In this document: positions 57,470 to 64,000 of the stretch, piece after piece
How the letters are laid out: every line of letters starts with the position of its first letter
Position numbering within the stretch: position 1 is the first letter of the stretch
Virus record (IMG/VR): IMGVR_UViG_3300032038_000056
Reading direction: 5' to 3' (one strand)
Origin: an uncultured virus (IMG/VR IMGVR_UViG_3300032038_000056)
Taxonomy: Duplodnaviria; Heunggongvirae; Uroviricota; Caudoviricetes
Length of the DNA: 64,000 nucleotides
The notes under the pieces: model-generated
Seen by the model: the letters and a program-made list of their open reading frames with translations, nothing else
Told to the model about the DNA's origin: nothing
Databases searched by the model: none
Program-made: the position numbers and the translations under genes

Positions 57470-57802
57470 TCACAATCCGAATGGATGCGGTTTTGCATCC
57501 TTCCTTTTCTTTCTCTTATTCGTAGTGCCGTCCAGATTCAGATGATGTGCGCCAGAACCGTTGCCGCTCCAGTTGAACCACGAGAACCCGCCAGAGGCAT
57601 TCTTACGGACGTATCCGCAAACTGTTCCGTCCGAAAATACACCAATCTCATGTTTCTTGCCGTCCGCTCCAAAACGCCCGTTCATTAGGATCTCTATAGC
57701 GGACGCTCTTACTCTTTCGAGTCCTGTTATATCCCCTGTAAGGAATCTCTCGGTCTGCCCGTCAAGATCTCCGATGCGGTAAAGGTAGAGCGAATACATC
57801 AT
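57470..57802 (-). CDS. Array family small protein with PFGL tail
   Basis: GLERVRASAI ... HLNLDGTT ... KRKDAKPHPFGL*. Confidence 0.7.
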   Translation of the reverse strand: MMYSLYLYRIGDLDGQTERFLTGDITGLERVRASAIEILMNGRFGADGKKHEIGVFSDGTVCGYVRKNASGGFSWFNWSGNGSGAHHLNLDGTTNKRKKRKDAKPHPFGL

Positions 57803-57803
57803 A

Positions 57804-58121
57804 TCACATCCTCTTTCCAAATGTCCTATACAGGTTTTCAACGGATTCAGAGGTCAATGCCTCCGAAATCCTGTCAGCGTATTGCACTGCTTTTTTGAGT
57901 GAATCGAGTTCAAGTGTATACTTCTTGTAGACACTGACCATACCTTTTATCGGAGACCACATGGATGCCACATACCCGCTGGCCTTCTTATTTATCCTCC
58001 AATAGTAGTTATAAGTCCCTATCTTCGGGATGTTTATCCCTATATCGTATCCCCATATAGAAGGTTCTTTGCTGATGATGTACGTTCTTCCGTAATTTCC
58101 GATGACGTATGATATGGCCAT
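57804..58121 (-). CDS. Hypothetical protein
   Basis: DSLKKAVQYA motif near C-terminus. Confidence 0.55.
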   Translation of the reverse strand: MAISYVIGNYGRTYIISKEPSIWGYDIGINIPKIGTYNYYWRINKKASGYVASMWSPIKGMVSVYKKYTLELDSLKKAVQYADRISEALTSESVENLYRTFGKRM

Positions 58122-58131
58122 ATCCCTCTCC

Positions 58132-58473
58132 TCACAGTCCGAACGGTGCTGGCTCGGTTTTCTTCTTCGTGTACGATTTGATGCGGTTCATAGCCTCCCT
58201 CTCGGTCAGAAGAACCTTTCTGGACAGACCAGTGAACTCGTACATATACGTCCTTCTCTCGCTGTCGTACCACTTGTACCCCCTGACGACAGCAACCGTT
58301 TCGTGTACCCCTCTGGAGGAAATCTTGTCGATGGTGGCGTAATAATACGCACCTTCCTCTACCGATCTGGAAGTCAGTCTTTTCAGCCACCAGAGTCCTT
58401 CTCTGATGACCTTGTTCTCAATCGCTGTACGCGATGCGGTTGTATATGAGTCCCCTGTCGTATACTCGGTCAT
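58132..58473 (-). CDS. Small protein with PFGL tail
   Basis: KKKTEPAPFGL*. Confidence 0.65.
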   Translation of the reverse strand: MTEYTTGDSYTTASRTAIENKVIREGLWWLKRLTSRSVEEGAYYYATIDKISSRGVHETVAVVRGYKWYDSERRTYMYEFTGLSRKVLLTEREAMNRIKSYTKKKTEPAPFGL

Positions 58474-58474
58474 T

Positions 58475-58795
58475 TTACCACTTTTTCAGTTTGCCGTTCG
58501 TGAACAGTCCATGTCTACCGTTATGCACCCAGTACCATTCATGAGTTCCTTCGTATCTGAACTTGGGATTCCTCCAATAGATGTTTTCTTCGACTACGCC
58601 AGCAATCTTGTTGCCAGATGGGTCGAGGTATATGTACGGTCCTGTGGATTTACCCTTGACCTTACCAGACTGTAGTGCGATGGATCTTGCTCTTGCCTTT
58701 TCGAGAGATGTATAAGGGCGGGCATAATGCTCGTAGAGGTTGCGGTCCCATCCCCTTCCCCCTCTTAATTTATGTTCAATTACATAGTAGGTCAT
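58475..58795 (-). CDS. Array family small protein
   Basis: YTSLEKARARSI ... LFTNGKL. Confidence 0.65.
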   Translation of the reverse strand: MTYYVIEHKLRGGRGWDRNLYEHYARPYTSLEKARARSIALQSGKVKGKSTGPYIYLDPSGNKIAGVVEENIYWRNPKFRYEGTHEWYWVHNGRHGLFTNGKLKKW

Positions 58796-58799
58796 ATTA

Positions 58800-59189
58800 T
58801 CACAATCCGAACGGTGCTGGTTTGCTCTTGTTCTTCTTCCTCTTCTCCTGTCTCTCACGGGTCTCATCGGAGTCATATGCCCATCCTTTGAGTGCCTTGA
58901 CCATCTGTGCCTCGGTCATATCTTTCAGCGACGGGAATATAAGAGGTATCTCGGACAGGGGGATCACAACAGCATCGCTGTCCTTTATGCGCGTGCCGTA
59001 TTCCCTCTCGGCATCGAATACGACTGCGGTCTTGTTCCTCAGTGCGCCCAGATAGGTTCTGAACACCTGTGAGACCGCTAGACCCTTGCCCTTGACCTCC
59101 ATTACGATGACGTGGGGTTTCTTCATCTGTGTGGAGGTAGGCACGTATGCATCTTCCAGATAGGATCCAGGGAACTTGTATTTGGCCAT
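58800..59189 (-). CDS. Small protein with PFGL tail
   Basis: KRKKNKSKPAPFGL*. Confidence 0.65.
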   Translation of the reverse strand: MAKYKFPGSYLEDAYVPTSTQMKKPHVIVMEVKGKGLAVSQVFRTYLGALRNKTAVVFDAEREYGTRIKDSDAVVIPLSEIPLIFPSLKDMTEAQMVKALKGWAYDSDETRERQEKRKKNKSKPAPFGL

Positions 59190-59202
59190 TCAATCCCCCT
59201 TC

Positions 59203-59541
59203 TTACTGTCTCTTCTTTTTGAGGAACTGCTCTCTGTGTTCCTTGATTTGTTCCACAACCCAATCGGTATCCTTTTTGATGACCCCGTAGAGATCGCCAG
59301 TCGAATCCATACTATACAGTTTACCGTTGCTGTACCACACCAAATGTTCATCGTAGTGGTTGTTGCGACCGATGGTGTAGTATTCCATCGTTGCACCGAC
59401 ATAACGGTTCTCGTTGTAGATCATAGCGATACGACCACCGCGAAGTCCGTCGCTGAAGAACATATCGTAACTCTTCCCTCTCGCACCGTTAAGGGTCTTG
59501 GCTGATGCCTTCTTTCCTTTGCAATAGATGTAGTAGGTCAT
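59203..59541 (-). CDS. Array family small protein
   Basis: KTLNGARGKSY ... YSMDSTGDL. Confidence 0.65.
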   Translation of the reverse strand: MTYYIYCKGKKASAKTLNGARGKSYDMFFSDGLRGGRIAMIYNENRYVGATMEYYTIGRNNHYDEHLVWYSNGKLYSMDSTGDLYGVIKKDTDWVVEQIKEHREQFLKKKRQ

Positions 59542-59545
59542 ATTA

Positions 59546-59830
59546 TCATAATCCGAAAGGATGCCACTCCTTGTTCTTGTTCTTCTTGAACTCGGACGTA
59601 AGCCCGTTCTCGTGCAGTCTGAGTTTCTTCCCGAAGACCGTCTCATAGTACGAACCGTTCTTTGAATAGTGGCACGTACCGACCCATTTCTGTCCGTTGT
59701 AGATGTATGCCTCGTTGCCGTATCTACCGCCAGACAGGATGAAGTAAGCGTTCCTGCGTGCCTCGATCAGCGTCATACCCGCTCTCTCACGGATCCCAGA
59801 GGCTTTCTCATATTCGACCCAATAGACCAT
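59546..59830 (-). CDS. Array family small protein with PFGL tail
   Basis: TLIEARRNAY ... LHENGLT ... KNKEWHPFGL*. Confidence 0.7.
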   Translation of the reverse strand: MVYWVEYEKASGIRERAGMTLIEARRNAYFILSGGRYGNEAYIYNGQKWVGTCHYSKNGSYYETVFGKKLRLHENGLTSEFKKNKNKEWHPFGL

Positions 59831-59878
59831 TTTCAATCACCTGTATAGTGTACCGTCTTTTAAGATATAATATCTTTC

Positions 59879-60148
59879 TCAAGTCTTCCTTATGACCCCT
59901 TCCGAGTTCACGAAATATGCACTGCGGGTCTTGGCATCCGACCAGATGAAATCTCCCCTGTCCTCGTCGAACGTAACGAACCCTATGGGGAATCTGGAGG
60001 TCTTGCTGAGGAAGATCCACGCGACCCTTCCGATACCGACTGTCTTGACCGCCTTTCCGCGTGCCACGTTGATGCGTTCGGTGTGTACGTCCTTGCGCTT
60101 ATCCAAGGGCTTTCCCTTGTAATCCGTGTACTCTATCCAGTATGACAT
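59879..60148 (-). CDS. Array family small protein
   Basis: RINVARGKAV ... YFVNSEGVI. Confidence 0.65.
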   Translation of the reverse strand: MSYWIEYTDYKGKPLDKRKDVHTERINVARGKAVKTVGIGRVAWIFLSKTSRFPIGFVTFDEDRGDFIWSDAKTRSAYFVNSEGVIRKT

Positions 60149-60157
60149 TCGGACACC

Positions 60158-60451
60158 TCAATCGAGTTTCCTTCCCAGAGTTCCGTCTGGGTTCATGAGG
60201 TATGTTGTGCCTTTACTCCCCCCGTAGGAGATGTAGATGGGTGTCGCATATTTGTTGTATCTTTTACCCATCACAACACCGAGTGCAGTCCATCCCTTAT
60301 TGTGTTTTGCCTTCTCATTACGGGCGCATACATAGATTTCGTTGCATCTTTTTCTGTATGCATTCTCTCTGGCCTCGGTGATTGTATCATATTCTTCTTT
60401 GAACCACTTTTTATCAGAATTGTTCCATAACATATATCTCATTACGCTCAC
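60158..60451 (-). CDS. Array family small protein
   Basis: YDTITEARENAY ... YLMNPDGTLGRK. Confidence 0.7.
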   Translation of the reverse strand: MSVMRYMLWNNSDKKWFKEEYDTITEARENAYRKRCNEIYVCARNEKAKHNKGWTALGVVMGKRYNKYATPIYISYGGSKGTTYLMNPDGTLGRKLD

Positions 60452-60452
60452 C

Positions 60453-60827
60453 TCACGGGGTCAGATCCTTCCTCTTGACCTTCTCGCCCAATGCACCAGT
60501 GGATGGATTGACCTTGTAGCGATATGTCCTCTTATGCTCGATTTCGCAGTAGTACCCTTTCTTTTTAGTGTTGTTGTTATAATCCCACGATATCTTCTCT
60601 ACGAGTATGCCTTCATATCCTCTGTGATACTCGTAGATGAAGCACTTGGCGTAGAACCACCTGCTGTTCTCCTTGATGAGTTTCACAGCGTCCACTCTGG
60701 CCTTTTCCAAGGACTGATACTCGCCCTTCTCCACGCCTTTCGAGGGGTATCTGCTACCGCCGAACAGAATGGGCTGGATGGTGTATTTGCGGAACTTTCC
60801 GATGAATCCGTCTTCTGGATAGTACAT
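60453..60827 (-). CDS. Array family small protein
   Basis: YQSLEKARVDAV ... YKVNPSTGALGEK. Confidence 0.7.
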   Translation of the reverse strand: MYYPEDGFIGKFRKYTIQPILFGGSRYPSKGVEKGEYQSLEKARVDAVKLIKENSRWFYAKCFIYEYHRGYEGILVEKISWDYNNNTKKKGYYCEIEHKRTYRYKVNPSTGALGEKVKRKDLTP

Positions 60828-60841
60828 TTCAATCCCTTACC

Positions 60842-61222
60842 TCACAATCCATACACATAATTTGAGGGATGCCAAGGTTCAACCTCTTCCTTAGAGACTT
60901 TACGACCGAGAGTGCCGTCAGAATTGAGGATGTACGCCTCCATACTGTTGTGCAGGAGTTTGCGCCAATAGATCTTACCGTTACGGCAGAACACGACACC
61001 AATCGACATCATCTTCCTTTCAAGATAAGGATCAGATTTTCCATACGTGGAATATATCTTTATGCCGTTGCCCATCTTCTTACGTGTACTCATCATACGG
61101 TACGCCCATTTACGTACATCGGTAAGTGCGCTGTTCTTATCCCATATGGCCTCATTGAACTCATGGGAAAGGTTCGGTGCGTATCTGTTGCCGATGATTA
61201 CATCTCCTGTGTATATTGCCAT
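60842..61222 (-). CDS. Array family small protein
   Basis: ALTDVRKWAY ... YILNSDGTLGRK; ends WHPSNYVYGL. Confidence 0.7.
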   Translation of the reverse strand: MAIYTGDVIIGNRYAPNLSHEFNEAIWDKNSALTDVRKWAYRMMSTRKKMGNGIKIYSTYGKSDPYLERKMMSIGVVFCRNGKIYWRKLLHNSMEAYILNSDGTLGRKVSKEEVEPWHPSNYVYGL

Positions 61223-61232
61223 TTTTCTCACC

Positions 61233-61553
61233 TCACAGCCCGAACGGGTGTGCTGTTCCTTTCTTCTTTACGATAGGTCTGCCCGTGTCGGGATTGACCG
61301 CTTTTCCAGAGTCACGAACGAACCTTCCACCCGTATAGGATACTGTGTCAAAATACTCATAGTATTCCAACGCGCCACCATTGTAAAGACGCAGGATCAT
61401 AACATAATAAGGGGATAGGGGTCTGTCAATACCTTTCCCACGGATCCACCAGCACGCATACTTGATGGCATTATAGGGAGAGTCCACGGACATAACCTCT
61501 GACTCCTCTTTGTTCGTCATAGCGTTTCTCAAAATAAATCTGTATTCTACCAT
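61233..61553 (-). CDS. Array family small protein with PFGL tail
   Basis: SPYNAIKYAC ... AVNPDTGR ... KKKGTAHPFGL*. Confidence 0.65.
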   Translation of the reverse strand: MVEYRFILRNAMTNKEESEVMSVDSPYNAIKYACWWIRGKGIDRPLSPYYVMILRLYNGGALEYYEYFDTVSYTGGRFVRDSGKAVNPDTGRPIVKKKGTAHPFGL

Positions 61554-61861
61554 TATATCCACTTCCACTCCCTGTTATAATCAAGCAGTTTGCCATTGAC
61601 AGGGGATACCCTGTATGTCCTGTTCCTGGCCCACTGATGAATGTGATAGCCGTTCAGCAGTTCCCCTGTGATGATCCTGTAGTTATGATAGTACGTGATG
61701 TCCTCGATGGGATGGCTGAACATCTTTGACGGATCATATATCGCAACCCTCTTGCCAGGGTTCTTCTTTGCGATGGCACACGCCTTGACGCGGGTATCCT
61801 CAAGTCTCTTGGATCCGAGTACCCTGTCTCCCTTTCCGAATATCTCTATCAAGTAAGTCAT
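61553..61861 (-). CDS. Array family small protein
   Basis: RLEDTRVKAC ... YRVSPVNGKL. Confidence 0.65.
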   Translation of the reverse strand: MTYLIEIFGKGDRVLGSKRLEDTRVKACAIAKKNPGKRVAIYDPSKMFSHPIEDITYYHNYRIITGELLNGYHIHQWARNRTYRVSPVNGKLLDYNREWKWI

Positions 61862-62187
61862 ATCTTTCCCTTCCTGATTGAACCATTCCTGTATAGTGTG
61901 TAATATTTCCCACTCCAGTAAGGCACATAGGCTACCCAGAAATCATTACCAGAACCCAATGTCCCGACAGATCCGCAGACATATTCTTCCCCATCCCTTT
62001 CCACAGAGCATACCGCAACGATAGTAGAGGATGATCTGGCTAGATGGTGCTTCGGACTCAATGCAATCTTGCTGTATGCGTAGGCACGGGCTTCCGTAAG
62101 GCTGTTGAACTGCCTATTGACTACCTTTTTGCGCGGGATGTCCTTATTGTCGTTCTTATACCAATACAATACGTATCCGTCTATCAT
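61858..62187 (-). CDS. Array family small protein
   Basis: FNSLTEARAYAY ... YTLYRNGSI. Confidence 0.7.
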   Translation of the reverse strand: MIDGYVLYWYKNDNKDIPRKKVVNRQFNSLTEARAYAYSKIALSPKHHLARSSSTIVAVCSVERDGEEYVCGSVGTLGSGNDFWVAYVPYWSGKYYTLYRNGSIRKGKI

Positions 62188-62191
62188 AGTA

Positions 62192-62470
62192 TCACAGTCC
62201 GAACGGCAGATTAGACTTCTTCTTTTTCTTATACAGATTCCTGTACTCCGAGCCAATAGGCATAGCGAGACGGGTATTCGTGTAGATGACGGTCCACTGA
62301 TACGGTTTTCTGTCACGCACATACTCTTGGAGTTCGATAGGGTACTCCGCACTCGCCTTGCACCTCTGGTCGTAATACCTTAGTGCTTCCGTGTATGAGA
62401 GGAACTCTCTGGATGTCATTCTGTCCCCAAATCTTATGACCTTGTAGAAATGATCCGATGTGTATTCCAT
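62192..62470 (-). CDS. Small protein with PFGL tail
   Basis: FLSYTEALRYY ... KKKKKSNLPFGL*. Confidence 0.65.
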   Translation of the reverse strand: MEYTSDHFYKVIRFGDRMTSREFLSYTEALRYYDQRCKASAEYPIELQEYVRDRKPYQWTVIYTNTRLAMPIGSEYRNLYKKKKKSNLPFGL

Positions 62471-62479
62471 TGTTTCACC

Positions 62480-62782
62480 TCACAGTCCGAACGGATGCCA
62501 TTCTTTCTTTTTCGTCTTCTTAGCGAACGTCCCGTCTGCATTTATGCGTCTCTCTCTTCCGTCAGTGGTCTCGTATGTATATTCTATGATACCATAATGG
62601 TTATACTTGCTGACAATTCCTATAAGAAGTCCAGATTCGTTGTTTCTGACCCACATCTCTCCGTTGCACCCTCCTGCGTTGATGATTATCTTCCTTGCCA
62701 TCGTTTCAGTGGTTGCATTGGCATAAGACTCACGGTTTTTGTCATAAACGACAGAATATTTGTAGAACAGATGTCCGCTCAT
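62480..62782 (-). CDS. Array family small protein with PFGL tail
   Basis: TTETMARKII ... RINADGTF ... KKKEWHPFGL*. Confidence 0.7.
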   Translation of the reverse strand: MSGHLFYKYSVVYDKNRESYANATTETMARKIIINAGGCNGEMWVRNNESGLLIGIVSKYNHYGIIEYTYETTDGRERRINADGTFAKKTKKKEWHPFGL

Positions 62783-62783
62783 T

Positions 62784-63089
62784 TCAATCCCTCACAGAGC
62801 CGTCCCCGTTCAGAATGTGTTTCCTGTTATCGTGGTAGTAATCGTACCAGATGAACTGTCCGTTCTCCCTCTTCACGACACCAGCGACAGGATTCATAAT
62901 CCTCCCGCCGAATATTGCAACGACCTTGACGGAGTAATGTTCATCGAGGTATCTGTATGCGCCAGCACGTGCATTCTTTATTCCCGTGAACCTCTTTGAA
63001 TCCCCAGAACTGTTCTTGACCCTGTGGTACTGTCCGTTGATAGGGCATTTGTATTCAAGGCTGTACGTTTTGTATGATGCGTTTGCCAT
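62784..63089 (-). CDS. Array family small protein
   Basis: FTGIKNARAGAY ... HILNGDGSV; TATA-like element ~63110-63119. Confidence 0.7.
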   Translation of the reverse strand: MANASYKTYSLEYKCPINGQYHRVKNSSGDSKRFTGIKNARAGAYRYLDEHYSVKVVAIFGGRIMNPVAGVVKRENGQFIWYDYYHDNRKHILNGDGSVRD

Positions 63090-63164
63090 ACATCTGAAAC
63101 GTTGTAGGTATATTTAAAAGTGTATTACGTAAAAAGAGGAAAAGGTTTCAGCGGTGCTTGAACT

Positions 63165-63401
63165 TCAGTAGATCCTCTCACCGAGAGTTCCGTCCTTGTT
63201 CAGTCTCCACATACAGCCGTCAGTGGATTTCCAATATCTCTTTTTCATTCTGTAATACACCGCACCGACATAGAGTTTGGTGTGTGCGCCATACTTAGAG
63301 ACATCTACCGCATAGATGTTCTTGTTCACTCTGGATGCAGCGTATGCCCTTGCCTCGTCCAGCGTATCAAACTCTTTTGCTCCGACAACATATATTGCCA
63401 T
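63165..63401 (-). CDS. Array family small protein (closest to consensus)
   Basis: FDTLDEARAYAA ... WRLNKDGTLGER. Confidence 0.7.
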   Translation of the reverse strand: MAIYVVGAKEFDTLDEARAYAASRVNKNIYAVDVSKYGAHTKLYVGAVYYRMKKRYWKSTDGCMWRLNKDGTLGERIY

Positions 63402-63428
63402 ATTTCTCACCTCTTTCAAATTATCTCA

Positions 63429-63791
63429 TTAGAGATCGTCCATTTCTCCTCTACGGATTAGTCTCTTGTTATGCCTTCCGCCATTCGCATCCAGATCGTA
63501 AGCGTAATCCGTATCGGCCATGTACATCACAGGTCTTCCGTGTCTCAAACAGATGTACGCATAGTCCTCGCATCCCGATGAGATCGTGAACCCGTATGTG
63601 CTTGCACCCCTGCCCTCGACCGTATAATGCTTTCTCAATCTGGCATAGACAGAGGGGGCGCATACCCTCATACCAATCTTAATCGCGTCCTCTCTTGAGA
63701 GTTCCCCAGAGAGACCTCCGTAGGATTTGCCAGCATACGGCCCTCTGAATTTGAAGGTATCCACACTGTATCCGCTAATCGTCTTGCTCAT
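63429..63791 (-). CDS. Array family small protein (divergent)
   Basis: SREDAIKIG ... YDLDANGG. Confidence 0.6.
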   Translation of the reverse strand: MSKTISGYSVDTFKFRGPYAGKSYGGLSGELSREDAIKIGMRVCAPSVYARLRKHYTVEGRGASTYGFTISSGCEDYAYICLRHGRPVMYMADTDYAYDLDANGGRHNKRLIRRGEMDDL

Positions 63792-63809
63792 CTGATCACA
63801 TCCCGAACT

Positions 63810-64000
63810 TTACCATTTTAACTGATTTGTAGGAACGATGTACCATCTCTGTCCTTTTCTCTCGTAGGTCGCCCAATACCATGAAGATCCCAGATAGGGA
63901 TTACTCACCCAGATCTGGATGTATTTTGCACGATTCTTGAGACCTTCCTTTTTTGCCTTACTTGTTAAGGCTTCTAAACTGATTTTATCAGAAGAGTAAG
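63810..64000 (-). CDS. Partial ORF (5' end off window), related to WYKEW subfamily
   Basis: Manual translation ...LEALTSKAKKEGLKNRAKYIQIW...YERKGQRWYIVPTNQLKW*. Confidence 0.5.
   Translation of the reverse strand, partial: YSSDKISLEALTSKAKKEGLKNRAKYIQIWVSNPYLGSSWYWATYERKGQRWYIVPTNQLKW

Larger units (their letters stand above)
1..64000. mobile_element. Large archaeal virus (pro)genome fragment, spindle-shaped-virus-like structural module; both ends outside window
   Basis: VP1-like hairpin capsid genes, P-loop ATPase, phage-type replication and recombination genes, many MTases, dense co-oriented small ORFs, no housekeeping operons. Confidence 0.8.

Noticed and set aside
57470..62500. CRISPR array or integron attC sites based on the repeated tcacagtccgaacgg
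   Set aside because: Only ~15 bp, irregular gene-sized spacing, always in frame as PFGL* with synonymous changes; no cas genes, tyrosine integrase or attC-like palindrome
1..64000. tRNA/rRNA genes or att sites
   Set aside because: No cloverleaf or rRNA-like tract recognised by eye; tRNAscan-SE in archaeal mode would be decisive

Overview
The whole window looks like part of a large (>64 kb) archaeal virus or virus-like element, almost entirely coded on the minus strand. Archaeal origin is supported by TATA-box promoters, GAGGTGA-type ribosome-binding sites and a PCNA-like clamp. The host is probably a Methanomassiliicoccales-type methanogen (inferred from adhesin signal peptides ending SDDSDAA or GVGFAVAY and from TAG-stop avoidance). 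Four modules are visible. (1) Virion/adhesin genes at 1-9.3 kb and 28.7-39.2 kb: two tandem 69-75 aa hydrophobic two-helix proteins closely resembling fusellovirus VP1-type spindle-shaped-virus major capsid proteins, a third divergent copy, a P-loop ATPase, and several 320-1010 aa proteins that keep the two capsid-like helices at their ends but carry large adhesin domains in the loop. (2) DNA modification and counter-defence genes at 9.4-19 kb: four methyltransferases, a DUF262-HNH nuclease, an RNA ligase and a Lar-like protein. (3) Replication/recombination genes at 19.6-27.1 kb: PCNA, VRR-NUC, SSB-like, YqaJ exonuclease, ERF-like protein, SF3 and SF2 helicases. (4) Beyond a serine resolvase, a >23 kb array (40.7-64 kb, running off the window) of roughly 35-40 highly diverged paralogous small basic proteins plus a fifth methyltransferase; seven array ORFs end in a Lys-rich tail plus PFGL-stop. 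No terminase, portal, HK97 capsid, CRISPR, reverse transcriptase or tRNA was recognised. All calls are by-eye motif recognition, with no database searches. Several starts were moved from the ORF track to a downstream ATG with an RBS or stop/start overlap.
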